Assembly: GCA_964016885.1 (NCBI GenBank)
Contig: OZ024744.1
Coordinates: 38,254,001 to 38,318,000, forward strand
DNA: 64,000 nucleotides
From: Eledone cirrhosa
Lineage: Eukaryota
Direction of reading: 5' to 3'
Part shown: positions 38,941-51,693 of the stretch, piece by piece
Numbering within the stretch: the stretch's first letter is position 1
Layout of the letters: each line of letters opens with the position of its first letter
Program-made: the position numbers and the translations under genes
Notes under the pieces: model-generated
The model's database searches: none
Told to the model about the DNA's origin: nothing
Seen by the model: only the letters and a program-made list of their open reading frames with translations

Positions 38941-39201
38941 TATATATTGGTAAACGGAATAGAAAATGCTGACAAATTGTTCACAGTTGAAAAATGGTTT
39001 AATTAGGAATAAAAGAGTATTAGTGATTGTATGGGTTAGTATTCAGTTGTGGTTTTAAGTTTTTAAGTTTAAAACTTAAAAACTTAAAACCACAACTGAA
39101 TACTAACCCATACAATCACTAATACTCTTTTATTCCTAATTAAACCATTTTTCAACTGTGAACAATTTGTCAGCATTTTCTATTCCGTTTACCAATATAT
39201 A
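38941..39201. repeat. Essentially perfect palindrome, arms about 125 bp
   Basis: ttggtaaacggaatag..aagttt / aaactt..ctattccgtttaccaa, centre about 39071; related to 17590-17695. Confidence 0.92.
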
Positions 39202-39230
39202 ATAACTTGTGTGTTACACCTCTATTCTTT

Positions 39231-39321
<91 letters not shown>

Positions 39322-39324
<3 letters not shown>

Positions 39325-41722
39325 AGAGTATTGAAGTTTGCTTGAAGCATTGTGGAACAATAAGTCAATATTTATAAGTCGTTTGGAAACCTCGACAATG
39401 CAGATGGGTAAATCTCCGGGTAACAAGGTCCGGTGGTGGAGAGAGATATGTAAGTGGGTGTACGTTGAGATGCGTGGTGCGTATAAGATGTGTGAGATGT
39501 GTAGAATGAAGGGAAGAGTAAAAGAATAAAAATAATAATAACAACACAAGAGAGAGAGTTACCTTGGGAGAGATTTAATAGTCCCTATATATTTCGGATT
39601 CACATCCATCAACTGGGGTTTTTTCCGGGGTGGGGGAAAAGTTGTCTGTCGGACAACTCGGAACGCGTCTTTCGCTGTCTGTTGATTTGAATATCTGAGG
39701 TATTCGGCCGAGCGCGCGTGCGCGTGAAATGGGGTCGGTCGTACAGAGGTCAGCGGCCGAATGAGGGAGTGGGATGGCGCTAGCTGTCAGTCCATTCTCT
39801 GCCTGTTTGTTAAATGTTACTGTGTGTGTGTGTGCGTGTGTTGTTGTCTCGCTTGAGTGTGTGTGTGCGTGTGTTGTTGCCTTGTTCATCTGTATTGGCA
39901 GTGTAGTATGTTCGTATGGTGGAATGCTACTGTGTGTGTGTGTAGTTGTCTCGTTTGCGTGTGTGTGTGTGTGCGTGTGTTGTGTGTTGTTGCATCGCTT
40001 GTTAACTTAAACCAGCCATTTCATTTCGCTTCTCTCTAATCGGTTGTTTATTTGCGGTTGCAGTTGTTTGATAAGAAGCGCTTCCTTAATACGTAACGTG
40101 TCGACGTTTCTTTCAGTCGCTAGAATTGTGACAATGGGCCTTCCGTCTTTGTTTCTGCATTTGTCTATGTGTTTCCGGAAAGACGAGGCCCTGGTTTTAA
40201 TGTGTTCCTTGATCCGGATGTGCAAAGGTCGAATTGTGCTACCTATGTAGTATTGGTTGCACCTGTCACATTCTATCTTATACACGACGTATGTGCGTAG
40301 GCAACAGTTAGCATGGCGTATCGGGCAGTCTCTGAGGGAGCATGCGTCAGTAGATTTTTCGGGTTTTCTGGAGAGGCATCTTCGCAGGGAGGGGCCCGAG
40401 TGGGCCAGGTGGATGTCGAGGCCCTCCCTCCGTATAGCCTTGCGGATAGCGTTGGTGGTTTACTCACCCAGGTGTGGCATTTTAAGGAAGCACTTGCCTT
40501 GGGTGCTTCTCTGTCTCTTGCGTCTGGTGTCTCCTATTCTGTCTGTGATCGAGGTAGGGTACCCGTTCGTCTCCAGCACCTCGAGGAATCGCTTGGTATG
40601 AGTGACACCACTGGCGGGATCGCTGCATCTGTTTTTGATTCGCGCGATCTCGTTCGTGATGTATCCTCTTTTGGCACTGTTAGGGAGGGCGGACTTGTAG
40701 TGAACGAATAGGTCCCTACAGGCTGCCTTTCTGTAGAAGTTGCAGGGGATCCCTCCTTGTTCCGTGATGTTGATTCGGAAGTCGAGGAGGGCAAGTGACC
40801 CGTCTTCGTTGGGGTGTTCAACACTGAAGTCAATGTTCTCGTCTGTGTTGTTGAACGTCTCATAGATTCTGTTCGCCGTGTCTTTGGAAGATGTGAGGAT
40901 GAGGATATCGTCCACGTATCTTGAGAAAAAGGCTACGGCGTTGGGGTGGCAGGCGTTGAGAGCCTTTCGTTCGAGGTTGTCCATGTAGGAGATCGCTAGC
41001 ACACCTGATAGGCTTGATCCCATGGGCAATCCCGAGGTTTGTTGGTATATTTGGTTAAGGAATCCGAAGTAGGTGTTGTCGACGACGATGGATAGGAGTT
41101 GGTGGATGTCAGTGGTGGTGAGCCCGAAGCAGTGTAGGTCGGTGGATTGGACGCGTTCCATTAGTATATTGACGGCCGGGAGTGCCGGGACCGAGGTGTA
41201 GATAGCGACTACATCAAGGCTGAAGGCATATCTGTTATTCCTTCTGGTGTCGGGATCCATTTGATGCAGGCGCTTCAACACCTCCTCGGAGCTGTTAACG
41301 TGTCCCGGCAAGGTGTCTAAGATGGGTTTGAGTATTCTGGCTAGGAGCCATGAAATTTTGTAGAGTGGTCCCTCCACGCTCGATACGATGGGCCTGATTT
41401 TCAGGTCGGGTCCCTGTTTGTGTGTTTTCACGAGGTGGTAGAAGGCGGGTAGTCTGCTGTTCCTCGTGAGGAGGTTGTATCTCAGCTTCTTCGGGAGCTT
41501 CCGCCGGTCGCAGATGTTGATCCAGGCGGAGTTGATGTGTTCTTCTATCTGCGCGGGAGTGATTCCCGTGACCTTGGAGTAGAGGCTGTCATCGTCAAGG
41601 TGTTGGAGGGCCAGGGTGTTGTAGGCCTCTCTGCTGATGACGGAGAATTCTTCTCCCTTGTCGGAGGGGAGATATATGAGGTTCTTCGATTTTAGGTTGG
41701 AGAGAGTGGTGAGTTGAGATTT
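39322..41722 (-). mobile_element. 5'-truncated Penelope-like element (Penelope/Poseidon-like)
   Basis: RT plus GIY-YIG with 3' UTR; bounded by (TA)n and (TC)n(TA)n(GA)n. Confidence 0.88.
40007..41722 (-). pseudogene. PLE RT plus GIY-YIG with one in-frame TAA (40460-62)
   Basis: KTHK..IRPIVS, SLDVVAIYTSVP, GLPMGSSLS, RYVDDIL; the same frame continues to VVYKIECDRCNQYYIGSTIRPLHIRIKEH..EALLI..PQIN. Confidence 0.9.
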
Positions 41723-41879
<157 letters not shown>

Positions 41880-41921
41880 GAAAACGAAAAATCAGTGATG
41901 CATCGGAACTCTATTTATTGT

Positions 41922-42009
41922 GTGTTACAATTGTTTCCCTGGCGAACAGCTCGAGGTGCGATCTGTGTGTGGATCGACCTAACTCTAGTCTCGCAGGTTC
42001 CTCGGACAC
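41922..42009 (-). ncRNA. Type I hammerhead motif, CCGAGGA core, 61-nt stem II
   Basis: Minus strand: gtgt-CCGAGGA-a-cctgcga..tcgccagg-GAAAC-AATT-GTA-acac. Confidence 0.6.
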
Positions 42010-43184
42010 GTCCATTGATTTCGGATCATATCCTCTTTCTGGTATTTTCTGGCCCTACAAGCCTTTATCGTCCACCTTCATCCGCTTTGCGCGTCCTTGG
42101 GTTGGTCACTGGTTAGTGACGTCATCATTATTCTGACCACTTGTAGCAGCCCGCTGAACGTCAGAGCCTGAGCTGTCACTCTCCCACTGCCCGTCGGCAA
42201 AATTAATGCTGTTTGTCAGCTCACACTCCCACCTGCGCGCAAACACACACACACACACACACACAGAGATACTGACAGATACATACAGAGTAGCTTGTGT
42301 GCTTACGTTCACACACAGAAATAGTCGCACAAATATACGCATACATACCCACAGAGAGCCACACACGCACACACGCGCCCCTATATATATGTGATATGCG
42401 CTTCCTCATACGCTCCAGCTGGCTGGGGTTTAGGGAGCGGAAGGTAAATAGTGTGTCGTCTCTATATATTCCTCCGCTGATCCTTGGGATCTTCCTTGAT
42501 GTTACTCTGGAACTGAATACGGGCATACACCGACCATACCACAAGTCAACGAGAACCTGCAATATGTGAACAGGCACTCGAACCACCCCAAGTCTGTCAT
42601 AGAGAGCCATACTAAAAGGGGTATCCAAACGTGTCTCCACCCTGTCGGCTAACGCAAAGGTGTTTAACCAGCACGCCGACTATTATAATGAGGCACTGCG
42701 CAGGGCCAGTTACACACAAAACATAGTGTACGCATTGGACAGAGGAAGGCCCAAGCGTCGAGGCACTCTGATATGAGGAAAGTAATAGTACTTCCAGAAG
42801 TAGACAGTACAACACAGAACTAGCATCTACAAATAGGAGTAGCTGTATAGATTATCGCATGGACACAAGACTGACACTAAGAGAGACGAAGGCAGAGGCG
42901 GATGGCAGACCACGCAGTACACGCAGAGGGAATCCAGGCACGGACACTAGAACTAGAGACAGGGTAAAGACAGATACGGACGTGAAACCAGGTAGAAGAA
43001 ACCCCCGATAACAGCACCAGATAGTTTTAAGGGGACTACCAGTAGAGCCGATAATATAAAACGGAATACTTCAGTAAGCGAACGGCGAAACCCCGACGCA
43101 CACGGAAGATATATAGATAGCGGCAACATAGGGGACTAATAAAGGGCAGACACAACCCGGGACGGACACCTGACCCAACACACA

Positions 43185-43185
43185 T

Positions 43186-43239
<54 letters not shown>

Positions 43240-43250
43240 CACTGCTACTG

Positions 43251-43307
<57 letters not shown>

Positions 43308-43315
43308 GTACTACC

Positions 43316-43354
<39 letters not shown>

Positions 43355-43381
43355 GCTACTACTACTACTACCACCACCACC

Positions 43382-43442
<61 letters not shown>

Positions 43443-43498
43443 GTACTACTACTACTACTACTACTACTACTACCACTACCACCACCACTACTACTACC

Positions 43499-43569
<71 letters not shown>

Positions 43570-43572
43570 CAG

Positions 43573-43629
<57 letters not shown>

Positions 43630-43652
43630 CAGCACCACCACTACTAATACTA
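43185..43652. repeat. (CTA/CCA)n trinucleotide tract
   Basis: Direct reading. Confidence 0.95.
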
Positions 43653-44793
43653 CACACATATTGCGGAATAGGACAAGGTCTAAGATCATTACATGGTTTA
43701 ACGCGCCGTATTCGAAGCATGTATGCAGCAATGTGCCAGGCCTCTTCTTCCGAGCGTTGGACGAGTGCTTCCCGCCGTCGAGCAGGTACCACCGGATATT
43801 CAACCGCCACACGGTGAAGTTCTCCTTCTCCACCGCACCTAACATGGCAGACTACATGATAGTCAGATTGAAGGATGATGCGGTCAACCTGAAATCGGAG
43901 ATTATCATGACGTGCAGACACCAGAGAAGGTGCACTTTCTCCGCATGGACCCAACCGGACAGCCCAAGCTAAAGGCATGCGGGGAAGCGGACGCCGGTCC
44001 GAGCGACGGCGCGGGTCCAAGGGATCAGACACAATACCTTGTTGACTATGTATGCCCTGTGAGGCAAGTCGACGCAACCTATGCTGCCTATCGGACTCGG
44101 CAACGACATTGCATGAGCCGGGACACGGTGGCTCAACCTCCACGGATATTCAGTCCCGTACCATACATCAATAAGGCACTCTATCTCACCCACAGTGAGA
44201 TGCTCCATTATGGTCTGTTCACGCACTCCCTGCATGTGTATCTTTTCAGTGGTATGTGCATATTTTCCACGCACTCCATTATGTAACACTCCATGTATTT
44301 TTCCATGTACAAACCAATGTATATCTTTGTATACTTTTCTTATATAATTCAAATGTATGTATTTTTTTTAATATATATTTTTTATATATTTTTTAATATA
44401 TTTTTTATATATTTTTAATATATTTTTTAATATATTTTTTTTTATGTATTCTGCATACATCCATTTATATATCTTGCATGCATTTACTATATATGATATG
44501 GGCATACCTTTTACGTTAATACCATGAACTCCCCATATGTAACCTTGCGAGGATCCACGTTGGCAGCATAATATCAACTCTGTCTGCATGCACAATCCAA
44601 TGTGTATCTGTATATGCTTTTCTTGCATGTATTTTTTGTAAAATTTTTATGTGTGTGTAGATGTGTGTACATACATATATACATATGTGTAAGAATATAT
44701 GTGCGAGTCTTTGTGTGTGCGTATGCACACGTGCAGGGGAAAAAATGTATTGTGGTATGTGTATATACATATATATATATATATATATATGTG

Positions 44794-44824
<31 letters not shown>

Positions 44825-44995
44825 TTATATGTCTGTGTGTGTGTGTGTGTGTATGTGTATATTGGTGCGTATATAAAACGCGCATGTGTGCGTGTGTGCC
44901 TCTCTGTGTGCATGTATGCGTATATTTGTGTGACTATTTCTGTGTGTGAACGTAAGCACACAAGCTACTCTGTATGTATCTGTCAGTATCTGTGT

Positions 44996-45033
<38 letters not shown>

Positions 45034-45281
45034 GTGTGTGTGCGTGTGTGTGTGCTGGTGGGAGTGTGAGCTGACAAACAGCAGTAATTTTGCCGACGGG
45101 GCAGTGGGAGAGTGACAGCTCAGGCCCTGACGGTCAGCGGGCTGCTACAAGTGGTCTGAATAATGATGACGTCACTAACCAGTGACTAACCCAAGGACGC
45201 GCAAAGAGGATGAAGGTGGACGATAAAGGCTTGTAGGGCCAGAAAACCCCACAAAGAGGATATGATCCGAAATCAATAGAC

Positions 45282-45369
45282 GTGTCCGAGGAACCTGCGA
45301 GTCCAGAGTCAGGTCGATCCACACACAGATCGCACCTCGAACTGTTCGCCGGGGAAACAAATGTAACAC
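45282..45369 (+). ncRNA. Type I hammerhead motif, CCGAGGA core
   Basis: CCGAGGA 45286-92, GAAAC 45354-58, GTA 45363-65, gtgt/acac stem I. Confidence 0.6.
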
Positions 45370-45499
45370 ACAATAAATTGAATTCCGATGCATCACTGAC
45401 TTTTCGTTTTCCATTCTATAATACTATAATACACTGCACCGTAGGAGCATAGAGTGCTCAACCGGCCTACCGCCCATGGAAGCATCTAATCTACCATGA

Positions 45500-45561
<62 letters not shown>

Positions 45562-46457
45562 GAAATCGAAAATGCAACTGCAGTCTTATTCTTAAAAAAA
45601 TATATATATTTATTTGGTTCCTTTACCGGTTACGCAGTTCTTCTGCTTTTCAAAAGTAGAGTTGAGATGGAGGGTCTGTGGTTTTTCTCACATCTGGTTG
45701 GTCTCTGAATGTTACTTGTTTTATATGGAAAAAGTGGCTCGATATGCCAGGTTTTTCGAGTAGTAATTTGATTGGTTGGTCAATAATTATAATAAATTTC
45801 GCGCCAGTTCTTCAAACAAGGGTGTGGGGGGGGGGGATCACAGGTTGTTTTTTTTCATATATGAGTGTTTGAATTTCTTTTTACTTGAAAAAAGGGGCTC
45901 ACGAAGGCTTTTTTTTAATAAGCGTAATTTGATTGGTTATAAATGAAATTATGGCTGTCACGTGAACAAGTTTTCATTAAATTTTCGCGCCCTTATTTGG
46001 AAATCTATTCTGTAGCCTTTTTAGAGAATGTTATGACAAGCAAAAGATAATGGTCAAGAGAAATGGGATGGGAGAATTGTTCTGGTTCAGTGAATATGGT
46101 TAGTTCGCTGGGGTGTCAGAATTCAGATTTTCTATTGACTAAAGAAAGTAAAGATATGTATGTTTATTTGTGTCCTTGTGTGTGTGTGTGTGTGTATGTG
46201 TGAATTGGAAGATGATTCTATCAGTAGAAATGGGAGAGGGAGTTGTGTGTGTGTATATGGGTGTTATGTGTGTGTGTGTGCGAGTATGTTAAGATGGAGA
46301 GAATATATATTTTGTGTGTGTGTATATATGTGTGTAGGAAAGTGATTCTATTAGTAGAAATGGGGAAGGGAGTTATGTATGTGAGTGTGGGAGTTGTTAT
46401 ATGTGTGTATGTGTGTCATGTGTGTGGGAGTATGGTTAGCATGTTAAGATGAAGAGA

Positions 46458-46488
<31 letters not shown>

Positions 46489-46723
46489 GTGTGTGTGTGT
46501 AGGAAAATGATTCCTTTAGTAGGAATATTTTTGAATGAACATATTTTCCTTACTTATTCGTATTTGTTCTGTTGTATTGTCAGTGCAAACGTATGTTAAG
46601 GTTTATTTAGTTCGGGTTTTTATTTTCTAAAGTAGAAGGTGTTATGTGTGTGTGTATGTGTCTATTTGGATGGTTAGCATGTTATGGTCTTGACATAATG
46701 TATATTAAACCATATTTAATGCT

Positions 46724-47089
46724 CACCTCATTGAAGGCAACACGTATACATTTAAATCAGGACAAAATTTTATTGTAAAAAATCACTTCACTTGCTCATC
46801 AAAAAATCTACTTTGTGCCATTAAATGTAAAGGATGCAATGAAGATTATATAGGACAAACTAAACTCACACTCAGAAACAGAATGACAGTTCATCGCCAA
46901 TAATTACGAGATCCAACCACGAGACAGATACCACTTAACGCACATCTAGACATTTGCGCAAGTAATAAGACACCCAAATTCCAAATCTTCCCATTTTACC
47001 TTTGCGCTAACAATACAACAGAAGAAATACGAATAAATAAAGAAAATATGTTTATTCAAAAATATAGACCAGCATTAAATATGGTTTAA
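46724..47089 (+). pseudogene. GIY-YIG endonuclease fragment (missing from the ORF track)
   Basis: Hand translation: NHFTCSSKNLLCAIKCKGCNEDYIGQTKLTLRNRMTVHRQ*LRD..AHLDIC..RINKENMFIQKYRPALNMV*. Confidence 0.88.
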
Positions 47090-47604
47090 TATACATTATG
47101 TCAACACCATAACATGCTAACCATCCAAACAGACACATACACACACACACACACATAACACCTTCTACTTTAGAAAATAAAAACCCGAACTAAATAAACC
47201 TTAACATACGTTTGCACTGACAATACAACAGAACAAATACGAATAAGTAAGGAAAATATGTTCATTCAAAAATATTCCTACTAAAGGAATCATTTTCCTA
47301 CACACACACACGCACACACACAATATATATATATATTCTCTTTATCTTAACATGCTAACCATACTCCCACACACATAACACCCATACACACACATAACCC
47401 CCACACCCACATACACAACTCCCTTCCCCATTTCTACTAATAGAATCACTTTCCTACACACATATATGCACACACACAAAATATATATTTTCTCCATCTT
47501 AACATACTCGCACACACACACACACACACATAACACCCATATATACACTCACACAACTCCCTCCCCCATGTCTAGTAATAGAATCATCTTCCAATACACA
47601 CATA

Positions 47605-47716
<112 letters not shown>

Positions 47717-47901
47717 AGCACACAAATAAACATACATATCTTAATTTTCTTTATTCAATAGAAAATCTGAATTCTGACACCCCAGCGAACTAACCATAGT
47801 CACTGAACCAGAACAATTCTCCCATCCCATTTCTCTTGACCATTATCTTTTGCTTGTCATAATATTCTCTAAAAAGGCAACAGAATAGATTTCCAAATAA
47901 G

Positions 47902-48185
47902 GGCGCGAAAATTTAATGAAAACTTGTTCACGTGACAGCCATAATTTCATTTATAACCAATCAAATTACGCTTATTAAAAAAAAGCCTTCGTGAGCCTCT
48001 TTTTTTAAGTAAAAAGAAATTCAAACACTCATATATGAAAAAACAACCTGTGACAACCCCCCCCCCTCCCTTGTTTAAAGAACTTTGTAACGCGAACTGG
48101 CGCGAAATTTATTATAATTATTGACCAACCAATCAAATTACTTCTCGAAAAACCTGGCATTTCGAGCCACTTTTTCCATATAAAA
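47902..48185 (+). promoter_or_regulatory. Candidate pLTR promoter: E2F-like, E-box, CCAAT and TATA motifs
   Basis: GGCGCGAAA 47902 and 48099, TCACGTGA 47928, CCAAT 47957 and 48129, TATAAAA 48179. Confidence 0.45.
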
Positions 48186-48244
48186 CAAGTAACATTCAGA
48201 GACCAACCAGATGTGAGAAAAACCACAGACCCTCCATCTCAACT

Positions 48245-48286
48245 CTACTTTTGAAAAGCAGAAGAACTGCGAAACCGGTAAAGGAA
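48245..48286 (+). ncRNA. Type I hammerhead ribozyme, U3-A8 variant core
   Basis: ctactt-TTGAAAA-gcag-aagaa-ctgc-GAAAC-CG-GTA-aagga; palindromic stem III ACCGGT. Confidence 0.7.
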
Positions 48287-48421
48287 CCAAATAAATATAT
48301 ATATATATATTTTAAATAAGACTCCAGTTGCATTTTCGATTTCTTCTTTTTTTCTTTATAATTTCACTCGTGTTGGACACCTCGATTATTTTTCATTTTG
48401 TAAAAAAAACCTCACTTTCTA

Positions 48422-48455
<34 letters not shown>

Positions 48456-48559
48456 CACTCTTTTTTCCTGGACCTTTCCGACGGAATCACTTCATTTATA
48501 TATATATATACACACAGATGTATATGAAAATACTATATATATATATATATATATATCTG

Positions 48560-48760
48560 TATAAGAAAATACTATATATTTTCAGCCGTTCAATAGATTG
48601 GCAGAGTTATACAGTCCTGATGAAGGGTAATGACCCAAAAACATGTTGATTGTTCCTCAATACCAGTGTTGAAAAAATGGATGAAGATTTGTCATTGATC
48701 TGTCATCGGCCGTTTGTTTACAAACGAATCGAATATTATTGTTAATATTCGTTATAACCA
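48560..48760 (+). mobile_element. Decayed HHR cassette related to 17903-18590
   Basis: gaaaatactatatattttc..tggcag..acagtc-CTGATGA-agggtaatgaccc-aaaaacatgttgattgt; caaacgaatcgaatattatt is shared with 18534. Confidence 0.6.
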
Positions 48761-49262
48761 ATATGTACTTATGTAAGTGTGTGTGTGTGCGTATGCATGC
48801 TTACACACACACGCGCACACATATACCCGCACACACAGACGCAAACCCACACGCACACGCACGCACACACACACACACAAACACATATGTATATATATAT
48901 ATATATATATAAACGGAAAAAATGAAACGAAATTTCATTTCTCACTCATAGTGCGGCTGTTACTTAAATATAAGTATGTACACGTACATACATATATGTA
49001 TACAGACGTACAGTAGTATGTATATATATACATAGATATATACATACTACTGTACGTCTGTATACATGTATGTATGTACGTATACATACTTATATTTAAG
49101 TAACAGCCGTACTAAGATTGAGAAATGAAATTTCGTTTAATTTTTTCCGTTTATCGTTTTCGGTGCACACGGCCGATTAACTCACTCGATATGCAAATTA
49201 GGCTGCTCAGCCGTTAATATGCATAAGGAAAGTATATACTTTAAGACGTTCAATCATCTGGC

Positions 49263-49319
49263 AGGAAGGTATACGTTGCTGACGATAGCTAATAAGCTTG
49301 AAACTAGTACAGCCTTCCT
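49263..49319 (+). ncRNA. Type I hammerhead ribozyme with bulged extended stem I
   Basis: aggaag-gtatac-gttg-CTGACGA-t-agct-aata-agct-t-GAAAC-TA-GTA-cagc-cttcct; ACTAGT palindrome. Confidence 0.85.
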
Positions 49320-49507
49320 TTGTCAGTGTTGAACAAGCGAGCAACGATGGTTGCTAGACACTGTACGGCTTAATACGGGGTGTTTGTTCGGTGAATCCAT
49401 ACGTACATATATATATGTGTGCATGTATGTATATATATATACATACTACTGTACGTCTGTATACAGATATGTATGTACGTATACATACTTATATAATATA
49501 TATATAA

Positions 49508-49578
<71 letters not shown>

Positions 49579-49712
49579 TGGTAGTATAATGAAACGAAAT
49601 TTCATTTCTCACTCTTAGCACGGCACTTACTTAAATGTAAGTATGTATGTATACGTACATCCATATATGTATACAGACGTACAGTAGCATGCATATATAT
49701 ATATATGTGTAC

Positions 49713-49750
<38 letters not shown>

Positions 49751-49896
49751 GTACACATATATATATGTACGTATCAGTTTACCGAACGTTTATTATAACG
49801 CCCGCTTTGTCCGTTTGTAAACAAGCGGACAGCCTGATTTATGCCGTACGGTGTTAAGGCAACCACGTCACCTTTTTGTTCAACACTGACACAGGA

Positions 49897-49939
49897 ACGA
49901 TGTACTAGTTTCAAGCTTCTTAGCTATCATCAGCACCGT
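49897..49939 (-). ncRNA. Type I hammerhead ribozyme
   Basis: Reverse complement of 50112-50154. Confidence 0.85.
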
Positions 49940-50111
49940 ATACCCTTCTGCCAGATAGTTGAACGTTCGAAAATATATACTTTCCTTATGAAAATTAACG
50001 GCTGAGCAGCCTAATTTGCATATCGAGTGAATTCAGTCGGCCAGGCGCACCGAAAACGATAAGTTGTAATATAATGAAACGAAATTTCATTTCTCACTCT
50101 TAGTACGGTAT

Positions 50112-50154
50112 ACGGTGCTGATGATAGCTAAGAAGCTTGAAACTAGTACATCGT
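50112..50154 (+). ncRNA. Type I hammerhead ribozyme
   Basis: acggtg-CTGATGA-tagctaagaagctt-GAAAC-TA-GTA-catcgt. Confidence 0.85.
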
Positions 50155-50380
50155 TCCTGTGTCAGTGTTGAACAAAAAGGTGACGTGGTTGCCTTAACAC
50201 CGTACGGCATAAATCAGGCTGTCCGCTTGTTTACAAACGGACAAAGCGGGCGTTATAATAAACGTTCGGTAAACTGATACGTACATATATATATGTGTAC
50301 CTGTATGTATATATATATATATATGCATGCTACTGTACGTATGTATACATATATGTATGTACGTATACATACATACTTAC

Positions 50381-50462
<82 letters not shown>

Positions 50463-51530
50463 GAACAAAGAATCAGTGTTGCATCATATTTAGTTACATA
50501 TTACACATGTTTCACTGTCGATCAACTCCAGGAACGATCTATTGTAAAATGTAGACTGGCATCTGAGAGTGGTTGAATATTATCCCGATCCCTTCTTATG
50601 TGCTTCTACAAATATCGGTCGATCAGCTCGAGAAAGATCAGTGCTCATTCGGCATACCACCTATGGAGGCAAACAACTTGCGCCTTAATACCTATATATA
50701 TATACATATATATAAAAGGTGACCAACATATGTATTTACACTTTGATTACCTGTACAGGAAATATTTATTAAAATGCTGTTGAAGTGTGTATCCATCTTT
50801 TTGGGACACCTTGTTTGTATATATATATATACCTGGAAACAACCCATTTTCAAACCCTACAAGACTCGAAAACCCATCCCACTATTTCTGTACACACACC
50901 CACGAACACGCACGCACGCACGCACGCGCGCACGCACGCATACATTCAACCACTAACTACTCACCAACAACCACACATCTCTGTCAAACACACATATTAG
51001 CATACACTGGCGCGCACACCTGCTCGTGTGCGCGCGAGGAGACGTGTGTACATACAATCACCCTTATGCACCTCCACCAACAATACACTTACTATGCACA
51101 CTACCTACACACACCCACAGCAGCACACCCTACCACTGCTCCCAGCCACCATTGCTGCTACCCTTCAGTCCCCATTTTTTTTTTCTATTTACTTTTTAAT
51201 TACATCTTAACAACTTTTTTTTTATATTTATTTTTGTTTTTATTTTTATTTATTATGTAACTCATTCTTCTTCCTCCAAGCGTGAAACTAATACATATCC
51301 TGTTATTTCACCATCGTGTTAGTTAATTTCATGTCTTCTTGATTATATATATATACAATTACAAGAAACGAAGCAGGCTGTGTTGTTACTGTAAACAAAG
51401 TTTAAGACGGTAATATGGACGGAACAAGAGAAGAAACACTTCATCAGTTGTTAACTGCTGATCATAGATGTTTCGTCGCTTAAAACAGGACATCAAAATC
51501 GATCAGCAACGCGCCCAAGGCCTTTTATCA

Positions 51531-51566
<36 letters not shown>

Positions 51567-51658
51567 TAACAGATTAAAGTTTAAGCAAAGAATCGGTGCT
51601 TCCACCCTTAACGGGATTTTCTGAAACTCTGGATTTTAGTCTTCAAATTTATTATTAT

Positions 51659-51693
<35 letters not shown>

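Larger units (their letters stand above)
48910..50385. mobile_element. HHR repeat family Y: nested direct and inverted ORF-less units with three HHRs
   Basis: HHRs at 49263-49319 (+), 49897-49939 (-) and 50112-50154 (+); 49745-49942 is inverted at 50108-50305. Confidence 0.82.

Noticed and set aside
39640-39715. HHR-like ctcgg..GAAAG..ccgag on the minus strand
   Set aside because: Core CCGAATA and stems II/III fit too poorly.
40460-40462. In-frame stops in PLE ORFs as possible selenocysteine recoding (also 46901-03)
   Set aside because: Both are TAA, not TGA; ordinary nonsense mutations.
43036-44143. Poly-Val and poly-Ser/Gly ORFs (also 59698-60270)
   Set aside because: Trinucleotide repeat translations.
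50712-50815. Possible Tc1/mariner MITE
   Set aside because: TIR match too loose to support.
51456-51508. HHR-shaped motif on the minus strand (also 59661-59718 plus)
   Set aside because: Stems are present but the cores have several non-compensated changes; at most dead relics.
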